From: Eutreptiella sp. 'Long Island Sound 2002'
Lineage: Eukaryota > Protista > Euglenida
NCBI GenBank assembly: GCA_964036045.1
Contig: OZ038378.1
Coordinates: 184,264,001 to 184,328,000, forward strand
Length of the DNA: 64,000 nucleotides
Reading direction: 5' to 3'
The notes below the pieces were generated by a model, which saw nothing but the letters and a program-made list of their open reading frames with translations, searched no databases and was not told the DNA's origin. Made by a program: the position numbers and the translations under genes. This document shows, one piece after another, positions 25,301-37,300 of the stretch (the first letter of the stretch is position 1; every line of letters begins with the position of its first letter).

Positions 25301-28300
25301 TGGCCGCCATCCTGTCCGACGACGTCGCGGCGCGCGCCGCGGCGCCCGCGCCGGTGCAGTACTGGAAGGAGCACTCGCACATGTTCCTCGGCGAGATCAA
25401 GAGCGTCGACCTCAAGACGGTCCCGGTGGAGTGCCGCAGGTCCGTGGACAAGATGCAGCAGCTGCTGCTCGAGGTCGAGGGCCGGTACAAGGCGTTCGGC
25501 TTCGGGTCGCGGGAGGTGTTCGAGACGATGCTGTGCACGCCCATCTGCTCGCTGGCGACGTCCGTCTGCGTGGCGCAGAAGGGCTACTGCCTGCTGGACG
25601 AGGACCGGCAGCTGCAGACCCGCATCGATACCGAGCTGGTGTGCCGCACGGCCCCCCGGATCGCGGGGTGCATTTGCGTGCAGGGCCGGACCCCCCCCCC
25701 ACCCCCCAACGTTCCTCCTCAAGGGGGAGGGACAGGGCGTGACGAACCCCCATCCCCCCCCCCCCCTGCTCTTCCCCCTCCCCTTCCCCCTCCCCACAGC
25801 AACACGGTCCCCCGCCGCCCTTTGCCCCCCAGGACAGGACGAACACGGAGAGCCTAGAGGAAACTGGGCAGGAGGAAGGGGAAACACAAGGGGAGGTAAC
25901 AGGGCAGGGCAGATCGCGCTCGCCGAAAATGGTGCAGAGCGCAGAGGGAGGCAAAGGAAAGGAGGAAAGGGAAAGAATCATTGTGGTTGTTAGAAGCCCC
26001 TGTCACGAAAATGATCCTGCAGATGCACACACCAGCGCGCACAAGTCAGTGCTGGGGTTCGCAAACCCAGCCTGGACTCGGAGTGTGCATCTGGATGCAC
26101 CTGGTCTACTGGCACGGGCAACAGCCCGTCTCTGGGACGGCAGACCCTGGAGTAGTCAAACAGGACAAGTCATCCAGGGGCTCCGTTGACACAACCAAAA
26201 CACGTTCGGACCCGCAGAGGGTCGGAATGTACAATGGCGAGGGGCCAATCGGCGCCGCCAAAGGCAAGCAAACCAACACCATGGCCTCGTGCCCAACCTC
26301 CCCAACCTACGCCAATGGGGAGCGTTTGAAGAGCGGAGTCGTGACTCTGATCTGGATGAGCCGCATCAGCGATTGAGGGTTTGATCGGAATTTATTGATT
26401 TTATTTATTATTTAGACGGTTGAGGTGGGGTTTTGGGGCCCATCAAGGGGTGGGATGGGCTAAAAATAGGGTCCGCAGCGATTCTACCATCCCGTGCCAT
26501 CTTGTGCCGTCCGATCACCTTGTCCCTTGCATTCCGTGACGCCGTAGGTGTTTGTATCGGCGTGCGCGCCAGACTTCCTGGACCCCAACAACCGCCCGCA
26601 GGCGCGGCGGGAGATGCAAAACTATTTCGTGCCGCCCAACGAGTACGGCGAGTGGCGCCTGCACGCGGCATACCACGGGCGGACCGCGCTGCTGCTGCGA
26701 CTGACCGGGATCTGGCAGCGCTTCTTCACGGCCTGCAAGGACATGGGGGTGACGCATCCCAGCCTCCTGCCCATGGGCCTCGGAATCCTCCGGCCGAAGG
26801 TAGGGTACTCGCGGTACAGCAGCAGCGTGCGTCAAGGGTCAACTTCCATGGAGGCGGACGTCGTCCAGGTGTGTGTACACGTCTAGGTCTTGTTGACGCT
26901 GCACATTGGGCTCGTTGACACGCTCCTGAGGAGGGGAATGACACCGAGGACCATTGTTGTGCCGATGCCTTTCACGCCAATTGTGTGTTTGTGCGTGGGG
27001 GGGGGGGGGGTAACCAGGTGCTGTTTCGTTCCACTCGGGCGCTGCGCCCATAGGCGACGTCCTGCGAAATTGCCGGTTGCAGGTGGATTGGACATGCATT
27101 TCGGAGTGTTTTGTAGTTCCCATGTGGTGGTTGCAACCACACCACACCACACCACACCACACCACACCACACCACACCACACCACACCACACCACACCAC
27201 ACCACACCACACCACACCACACCACACCACACCACACCACACCACACCACACCACACCACACCACACCACACCACACCACACCACACCACACCACACCAC
27301 ACCACACCACACCACACCACACCACACCACACCACACCACACCACACCACACCACACCACACCACACCACACCACACCAAAGGGGCCATGTGGCGGCGCA
27401 CAGAAGAGGCCGCCACAGCCTGCGGCCCATGGGCTCATCAAGGCCTGAGCAGCCATTGCCTTTTGGTAACAGCGCCTTCGGCACAGCACACGACGCGGCA
27501 CCACACAACAGAACATACCACTCTATCTAGTCCAGTTTCGTATAGTCTCCGTCTAGTCCCTGACGGACTCCGAGCCCTTTGGCCGTGAGCTACGACCGAT
27601 GCTTTTAGGGAGCGGGAGAGGCCGCGTGCCTGGCAATTTCCAGCGTGCGGCTTCCCATTGTTCTACGTTCTCCCTCGCTGTATCTGTCCCGGTTTGTGGG
27701 GGTTCACCATATTCATTCCACCTGGGGCTGAACCAGGAAACATTGATCAGCAGCCCCTGCTGCATACATGCGGATGAACGCGCCCCCTTTTTGATTGGAA
27801 GTCGGGGGGAGGGGTGGCAACTTGGGTTTGCGCGCATAAGGTGACCATTGAATTATTCTGCTTTGTGAATATAGCCGCATGTGCGACACTCCTGTTGCGC
27901 CACGTTTGGTTGTTGGGGCTGCGTGGGCATGCGCGAAGTAGCACCTCCCCCGCCTTTGCAACAGGGCAGGCCCTGCAGATGTGGATCTGGCGGACCCCTT
28001 TATCTTACCTCCTTGGGAAGTCGGGAGGGCTGGGGGGGGTGTCGCCTATGGTACCACTGATGAGGATTTTGTTCTGCTAACGCTGTGCGCCGGTTGCTAT
28101 GGCCAGTGCCCTGCACGTCTCCGTACGGCGGGGGATGGGGGCCTCAAGAGAGAGCCCCGATCGAGGCTGGGGGCAGATATTGCTCAGTGGCACATGGTAC
28201 GGGACTGACCTCGCCTGCCTGGCACTCGTGGCATGCCGGAGCAGCATCCTGTCCGATGCTGACTGGCGGGGTTGTCCGCAGCGGCGGAGTGGAAGCGGCA

Positions 28301-31300
28301 GATTGTCTGCTTTTGTTGTCGAGGACAGCCGTCGGCACCGCCCCTTCCGCATTGCCAACGCCTGTGCACAGGTGTACTTTGAGGCACAGCTGACGGCTCT
28401 GGAGAGCGGCGCTTACGGCTTTGACACGGTGTACCTCAACCCGCGGAACAACAAAGCGGAGCTGCTGCACGTCCTCCGGAGCAAGCGCTGGCAGTTCTCG
28501 TTCCATCTTCAGATCCACGACCAGGATGCCGAGGCTGTGGCCAGCCGCCTGGCCAAGCGGGGCTGTCGCTCGTGCATCACCATCCCGGCCGATTCGCTTG
28601 GGCTGCTCCAGGGCCTCATTGGGTCGTGGTGGGAGGTTCAAGCCCCCCCCCTACAAACCTCTCATCTGTGGCATAGGGTTTGGTTCGGAACATGTGGCGT
28701 GGCAGTGCAAATCGGTTGCATCGGTTGGTGTGTGTCTTGTGGCACTCCACACAATTTTGCATTCTGCAGTGGGCCCGTTGCCCCCTGCACGAGCCATGGG
28801 AACCATATGTGGGCCACCGCTGATGCACCGCACGCAAGAGGGACACAAGATGAAAGATGATGGTAGGGCTACGATTGATGTTGGCGCTTCGTACCAAAAG
28901 CGCCCTGCCACTCCTTGTGGCCATCACAGGGAACATCATTGTGATGACTGTATTGCTCAACACACTTGTGCAGACACATTCACGTATGCAGAGGTGTTGA
29001 TTGCCATACTTTCGTCTTGCTTTTGGTGTTCACATGACGCAGTAGAGAATTGGTTTTCGTCTAAGGGTTCGGAGAGTGACAAGTTTCTGGTTGGTGAGTG
29101 GGCTTGGGAAGAGTATCCAGCAGTCTGCATTTACCACTGCCCTGTGAGCTTCACTTCCCGTGGCCCCTTATGAATATGCGTCTGGATGCCTCCAATCCGG
29201 TGCATCGAACATCCGGTTTACTGTGCGCATGGGGGGTTGCACTGTGTACTGTGCGTGGGGGGGGGGAAGGGTAATTGAGTTGTTTTTGCAGTGGCATGTT
29301 TGCTGCAGCTTGCTTTTTTCGTGAAGTGTTGGCACAACGCTTTGCAAATACTGTGCAGTCGGTGAATCGATTTGCCTGTTTTGATGTTGTGCATGTGTCC
29401 GTGCAACACCCCACCTCTCAGTACGGATGGACCTGCAGTTCCCTGATCCGACGGTTTCACCACGATGTGGCTACTTGCGTGATCATGCCCTGGCTTGGAT
29501 GTGACCACAACGTGGCCACCATGTGCAGGGGCCGTGTAAGTCGCTGCACACCCCACACTCTCCAAAGTCTTCTTCCACAGTGTTTGGCGGGTGTTGACCA
29601 GGGAGCTGGAGGTTGGATAACGAGAGCACTGAGTCACGTTGATGAGGGTCCCAAAGGGTTGCAGCCCGTTGAAGAGGGGTTGCATAGGGTTTACTGATCC
29701 TGTCCAAGCCCGGCAACCCTTGGCAACCCAATCCAGAGTTGCCACTAACGTCGGGATTGCTTGGGTCTGAGTCTTTACGGGTCGCACTTCAGGTGGAGGT
29801 AAAGTTTACTGAGTGCTGAATGGGCGGGCGCAAAGTTCTACTGGGGAGGGAGGGGCGGGGTGTTCGAGCCCCCTGAAGAATGAGGGGGTGGTTTGGAAAA
29901 GGGGCTTTTGTGATCAAAGGTATGTTTTGAATCCTCAGAGAACCCGCTTGAAATCGGGCAGCAGAGCGGCTCGGACCAAAATTTTTTAACATTCGTTTCC
30001 CCGATGACGCAGACCTCCAAACGGTCAGCGCGTCGAGGAGGATCCGTTTGAACGCATATATGTTGGGGTACCCCCCCCGAAACCTCCTGAGGGGCCCGTT
30101 GGTGGGTTACGGGATCCGGAAAGTAGGCGCGAACCCCCCCCCCCTTTTCAAAATGAAGTCCTCCCACGCCACAGGCCGAGGCCTTAAGTGAAGGAGTGCC
30201 TGAAGGGGGGCTCCATTTTTTTCAGTGCACATTTTCAAGTCATGCACTTGTCTGACATGCGACACGTCTGCAAACAACACTCTTAAATCGTCTTCAATCC
30301 CCTCCCGACCCCCGCACCGTGCCGGCTCTCAGTGGCTCACACCCTCCTCCTCCTGCACGTGCCCACCCCTCCAATGCTCTGATGTCAAGGGGGTGTGGCA
30401 CCCAACGCCGCTGAATTGCAGGGCGGTGTCATTTCAGGGCCCGGGCCAAGCCCCTCGGGGCAGGACCTGCGTGCCACCACCGCGCATTTCTTGCGCATTG
30501 CCCTTTCAACCCACATCAACCCTCTCAGTGCGGCTACAACGAGCGGTACACGGGCGAGTCCCACACCGTTGCAACGTCCACGGCGGTGCTCGCTCGCAAG
30601 AACCTCTCGTCAGTGTGGACGGACGAGGAACGGATCTCGATGGCGGACCTGAACGTGTCCCAGCGCACGAAGGAGGTGGGGCTGCCGGTCTGCAGCTACG
30701 ACGCACAGATCTACAACGATGGCAAGCTGTCGCGCCCCACCATCATGACGTTCTCGCACCTCGTGTTTGTGGACTTCCCGAAGTGGTGGGGTACGGGGAG
30801 GTCGAACGAGCCCACAAACATAACGCAGGTGTGGGATGCCTGTGCCCGTGCTCAGGAGCTGCCGCATGCGCGAGAGGCCATTGCTCAAAGGCCCTCGGGC
30901 AATAAGTTTGGCGTCAGCTGCGTTCCGGACATTCTTGGGAGGCCCATCTGCACTTCCACCTCCAGTCCCTCCCCGCCTCCACTGCCACCTCCACTTTAGT
31001 GTCCACTTCTTCCTCTACTCCCACAAAAAAAAGGGGCTGAGATGTACCCAGACTGGGGACATCTCCTGCAACATCATGACCGGAGGTAAGGGGAGCAGTT
31101 GGGAGTGGAGATGAAAGTGGTGGTGGAGGTCGGGGGTTCGGGGTGGACGTGGGAGTAGAAGTGGGAGAAGAGGTGTGGGCGGAGGTGGGAGCAGCGCTGG
31201 GACGTTCCTGGCAGAGTTTCTGATGAAGTACCCGGAGGTGTTGCGGGATGTCCCCAGAGGGAAAATAGGAAAAATGGAAAAATACGGGGAAATGGGGGGG

Positions 31301-34300
31301 GGGGATGTGGAAGGAAAGGGGGGAAAGCGGGGAACCCTTCAGTGAGCAGGACCAGAAAGTTTCCAATTCACTTCCCAAGCAGTCCTCAATTGCTGGCTGC
31401 TCCAACGGGGGTCAAACACCCTTGCCGAAGGCCACAATAATTCCCATGCCCACCTCCATTTTCACTCACAAACTGAGCGTCGTGCTCACTGAGGCTTGCT
31501 GAGTGGAGGTGGGAGTGGAGCTGCGAGTGGGGCTGGGAATGGAAATGGGTGTGGAGGTGGGTGGGAAAATGGGGGGAAACGGGGGGACATGGGGGAGGGA
31601 AAATGGGATGTAATTGGAAAAATGAGCAGAATTGGGGGAGAACGCAGGGATCAACAATGCATTAGGTGTTGGGGCAGTCAGTAAAGGGAATTGGTGATGC
31701 ATGGATGGTGCTGCGCCATTTGCAACAAGCGCATCCCGAAATGTGCATTGATCTTGATACTGTTAACTCAATCTTCAGTGGCACCCCCATTCTCCCAAGC
31801 GAGCCGAACAACCAACCAATTTATAACCGCCGTGGGCCACCACATCACCCTGCCTTAAGGGATCCCCAGTGTGCCCGGCCAAATTCCATTCCCTACCCGC
31901 ATATACTGATGCAGGTCACCAGCCTGCTGAAGCGTAGTCAATGGGGAGCCATCACCGTCACCCAGCTGCAGATGAGGGAGGACGACGACGTGCTGGGGCA
32001 GGATTTCTACTCGCTGATCATGCAGGGCTGGCGGGCCTGCATGCAGCTCATCCGCGAGCGCCTCTACTCCGCACTGCTGCTCATGTGCGGCCGGCAGAAG
32101 TGCTCGCTGGAGGACCTCAACGCCGTCATTGTGCGGGTCGACTTTGGGAAGCTCCGCGAGATCTCGCAGGCGGTGGCGGTCCTGCTGGGCGCCTTTCTGG
32201 ACCTCCGCCGCAAGAACCTGTTCAATGGGGCCATCCTGTGCGCGGGCATCCGCCATGGCAACAAGGCCCAGCCTCGGCAGGTGCTGCATGTTTGGACTAG
32301 TGGGGGTTGAGCCTGGGGGTGTTCTAGGCATGCGCTTGAGGGGGTGCGGGGTCAACTGTGGGGTTTGGAAAGTGGTTATAAAAGCGGTGACCGGTGGACG
32401 GAGATGTGGTTGAGAGGCAATTTCTAGCAAGTACAAACCCATTGAAGGGTCGTCGGGGGCGGATAGAAGCAGCTGGAAGGGTTGCCATCACCCCAAAGAG
32501 AAGGGGGGGGAAGGGGGGGGAAGATGTGCATATCTGGAGGAAACGATTTCACACAAAAAAGGTGAATTTTCGATACACACTGGTAATTTGGTGGTACAAG
32601 CTCCTCTAGGGTTGGGGTGCCAACCAGCTGAAGTAACTTGATTAGGCGAAATTTCGCTCATTGGCTAACCATGAAGTTGAACAGTTAGTTACTTCAGCAA
32701 GTTGGCACCCCAACCTCAAAGGAGCTTGTACCACCACATTTAGCTACGTGATTAGGCGAAATTTCGCCTATTGGCTAACCACGGTATTAGAACAGGTAGT
32801 TAACTAAATGAAATACCTCCATGATTAGCCAATAGTCGAAATTTCGCTCAACCCTTTTGTGTCTGATGGTCGTAGCGTGACACACAGCAATGGCATTGAA
32901 ATCGCAAGATGAAGCATTCTAGCAGTATAATCCCATATTCATATGTACCATATGATTTGTTGTTATGCACACCAGAAGTGATTGCGAGGATTAATACAAC
33001 AAATCTAAAAAAGTCGAAATTTCGCCTAATGGCAAGTCGAAAAGGCATGATGAACATGCATGCACATCACCGGCAGCAACATATATAGTGTATTGGCTCT
33101 GAGAAGACTAGTTCTCATTCTCGATCGGCTGCTCTAGTGCAAGCACCATTGGCATATTTTTTCAAAATCTAGTCCAATTCAGACCACAGTTAGCAATGCC
33201 TTTTTCCAAAGAGATTAGTCGAATTTTCGCTTAAATTGCCCATGCGCCTAATTTTTGTCCATGAGAATTATTGCTACACATGTTCATGAGAAGTTAGTCG
33301 AAATTTTGCGTAAATGAGTTAGTCAAATTTTTGCCCAATGGCCAGTTAGTCGAATTTTTTGCCTATTCAGTTCAAATAGTTCCTCAATGAAGTTACGGAT
33401 ATGTTAGCCGGATATTTGCTAGATGGATGCTCCTACACTGCATCCTATACGCATTGTTATCAAGTGATATACATCACAAACAGCGAAAACCCTTGTGACA
33501 GCTCATTGTTTTGGAAAACCTCATTCACCTACCAATGAGCCGTCAATAGTCATTTCACCCATTTTGACACATTGTCTGGGGCTTTTTTTGGGATGCAATC
33601 CTTCTTCTTTGCACCTGAAATTCCCCCTATACAATACCTCAATACCTCGTTTTCCAATATTCATACATACCGATTGATGTTGTTTCTTAGGCTAAGTTGC
33701 AACAGGGCACATGCAAATCCTCTCCTGCGGGTGCAGTTTGGGCTGCCTAAGTCCTCCTCCTCCTCCTTCTTCCCCTCCTCAAGTGATCAGGCAAGTTTTC
33801 TTCGGCTCCACCAATGTTTTTGATTATTCATACCATGTATCTGCACCACATCCTATCCTTTTTGCAGAGTTTCGAAAAGGGCTTGTAACACCCCCCTGTA
33901 GAGCAATGGTTGGTTGCTGTACAACAATGGCCGGTATCTTATGATTACCCAATGTTTTGATTCCTTGCGTCAGTACCACCCAGATGCCCCCACCCCTCTG
34001 GAGCCTCTGGTCAGCATGCAGCCCCCGGCAGAAGCATGGGGTCACGTGCATCTGGCAGAGGGTAAGCAGCACTCTTCGAAGCGTGGAGGAAGATGGGGTT
34101 CTCTTCTTGGAAAAGTCCAAAGCACAGTGCAAAGTGTAGAATAGTGGAAATCGATACCCGTGAGGCGAAAAATGTGTCCTACATATATCCTGTTGTATTC
34201 GCTCTGACAGACAATGTCTGATGCAATTACACCCGCTTTGAGGCCTAACATATATATATATTTAGCAATCGGGATGGTTGAACAAACCAGCACCGTGGCA

Positions 34301-37300
34301 GTTCCATCAAGTCAAGCCCCAACAGCGTGCTTCTCTACATCCGCAGTGTTTCTGGCGTTCTCCATCAGCAGCCTTCAGGAAGAAATGTGGAAAAATTCTT
34401 GCAGGGCATTTCAAGCTAATCAAAATTCAGTGCACCAGCAAAGTGTGCCGGCATCCTTCTGTCCGCTGTAGTGTTTTGGGAAACAAAAATTTCTGGGAAA
34501 TGGACGTAAGTAAAAGTGATCACAGCAGTCTTCAGGATTGGGGCAGAATTGATACCGGCATAATTTGCGCACATTTTTCCCCTTCCTCCGGGAGTGGGAA
34601 ACAATCCGGGCTTTCCGTGAGGTGGGACGGCCGCCTCAAGAGGTGCGCGCAGTGCATGCGCCTGTGTGAGTACTCCTCCGCCGTCACGGGCTTGTCGTAT
34701 GATCTCTTTCTCTGGCCAGGTGCAGCACATCATGCAGTTAGGGGCGGACTGGGTGTTCCTGTACGAGCCCTCGAACGCGAAGGTGCCGCCGGCGCATACC
34801 TTCAACCGCCTCATGATCGACCTTTCGCGGCTGCAGCGGATGTCGCCCGTGCTGCTGCAGGCCGTGTACGACGGCCGCCTGCAGGTGGTGCGCAAGCTGC
34901 TGGCCAACGGGGCCGACCCCAACTGCCTGCACTGCAGCACGGGCCCGTGGGGGGCCCCGCACCTCGTGCACTTCTCCCGGCAGCAGAAGCACGTGCAGGC
35001 GGCTATTCTTGACGAGCTGCGGCACCACGGCGCAGACTTCGAGCTTGGTACCACATACCCCAAGGTCTTCCTGTCCGTGCCCTCTGTCCTGCTCCGACGC
35101 CTCTCCCTTTCCACTCGTGGTAACGAGGTCACGTGGCTCAGTTGTAGCACAGTGCACCTGACCAAGAGATCCCGCGTCCGTGTCCCGGACATAAGTACTG
35201 ACGCCTAGTCGCCCAAGGCGCCAGGGTGCCCTCGGTGCCTTGGGCCTCTGCCCTCGTGAAGCTTTCCCTGTCTCCTGTCCAGGGGCTGTGTTAGCTCTAG
35301 GGACCTCTTTTTTATCATCGCCGACAGGCTCCTCGGTTCTCCTCAGAATTGCCTCCAAGAAAACCATCCGGGTTCCTCTAGGAACTAATAGCAACCATCC
35401 AAAAGCCTTCAAACAGAAACATTAAGCATCCAAGAGCCTCGAGGAAGTAGCAATGACCATACGAAAGCCTCCAAGAAATGTCAAGGACCATCCAAAAGAG
35501 ATAACGGCTACTACTCAAGCATCCATGGCCCTCAAGCAATTAACAGCAGGCATGCAGAAGCCTCTAACAAATAACAGCAGCCAGCCAAATGCCTCCAAGG
35601 AATGACAGTATTCATCCCAACCTCAGTGTGCACATTTCTGGGTCGGGTACATTGGAAAGGGGCTTCTCCGACTGGGTAGCACAACGAGTTTTGTTTTTCT
35701 GTGTGTCAGCATCCCCGCACTATGCACTCTTGCACTGATGAATGCAAACAATGCTCAGGCAAGAGGACGTTTCTTGCAGCGTTTAACGTATCGTGCTTGG
35801 AATGTACGCCTCGGGGCACTTTGGTGGGCCCAGCCCCAGGCGCTGAATACGAGGGGGTCGAGGTTGGGACACAGTTTGGGAGGAACCCCTCCCCCGGAGT
35901 TGCACTGGACCCCGGGCCCTGCAAAGCCCCTGATTTCCATGCGGGGATGCTTGCGATTCCCTGATATGTCAGCCGCACTGCTTCGTGAGGCTCGGTGCTG
36001 CAGTCGGCATCAGCACTGCTGTAAGGCACCCTCCCCATCCCGCCCCGCCCCGTCCCGTCCCGTCCCAGGCTCCCGCCCTGTCGCTCGCCGTGCCCCTTTC
36101 TCCTCCACCCCAACCAGGGTTGTGCTTCGTGTTCAGCCTACGGGATGGAGGGGGGGGATGGGTGGGTGAGTATGGGGACAAACAAAAGTTTGTGTACCTA
36201 AAATGGGCCTCTCATTTTTGGCTCTCTATTCAAATTCCATTTTTCTTTGGGTGGGTGGTTGGGCCTGGGGGGCGTTTGGCACAAGGCCTGGGGGGGGGTC
36301 CGCCAGATCCACCCCCCCCAGGGGGCGTTGCTTTAATTTTCATTCCGGCAGGGGGGGGGGGGCTCCCCCCTGGACCCCCTCCCCCCCTCCCCTAGACCCC
36401 CTCCTCCCTCTGCTCTAATTCACCTGAGAGGCAGGGTTCTGGGAACCTTTTTTCGTTTGGGCCAATTTTTGCCTCCCGCGCCTTTGGCGCACCTATAGCA
36501 GGGTTCTTTGGTCACTCCACTGGTATCATTTCTTCCAACATGTCCCAGCATCCCATAAGTACATTCTTTAGCACCCCAGTCCAACCATGTCCCCGCGCAA
36601 AACGCGACGACGTTGTAAACACGACCCTCTATTTTCGCTTCCAAGATAGATGGACTGGGAAGAAAAGGCAAGAGGCATACAATGTTGCACAGAAAGCATG
36701 TTCCACACTTTTTCTGAACACTCCAAGGGCAACTATGTGCGAGTTTATAAGACAAGCAGCCATAATGGCACAACAAGACTGCAGAAGCTCAGGTGAGTCG
36801 AACTCTGATTGATGTTCGGCAAACAATTGGATAACAATGAGCATTCCTCCGTGTTTCTTGTTTGTGTTGCCTGGTGGTGTTTAGGTGAGGGCACAATGTA
36901 TGGACCCAAAAAGATAAGTTGATTACCTATCTTCAGACATTATGACAAATGTATATGCTGAATGGGTCAGTGTGGTGCATTTTTGCAATTCCTGGTGAAT
37001 ATGGTTCCTTTCGGCAGGGGGGGGGGGGGGGCTCCCCCCTGGACCCCCTCACCCCCTCCCCCTCACCCCCTCCCCCTCTCCCCTGAACCCCCTCCCCCCC
37101 TTTCCCCTCCGCTCAAGCAACACCCTGCCCCCCCCCCCCCGTGGATAAGCACATCCCTGATCCCAACCCCTGTGCCCCTCTCCATCACAGGCGAACGTCG
37201 CGCGTGGCATGTGCATCCCCGACATCGACGACCCCGACCGCCAGCCCAGCGCGCGCAACAAGATCAAGACCACCCACCCCCTGCGGATGTGGGGCCTGTG

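Noticed and set aside
26869-28371. Base-pairing of intron ends (8 bp here), suggesting euglenid nonconventional introns
   Set aside because: Not seen in most other introns, and all junctions are explained by GT-AG; likely chance with GTG...CAG ends.
34042-34293. GIY-YIG-like string ([10 protein letters not shown]...RIYVG) on the minus strand
   Set aside because: The first Tyr and the downstream RxxxH/E motifs are missing and the flanks are full of stops; too weak to call a Penelope-like relic.
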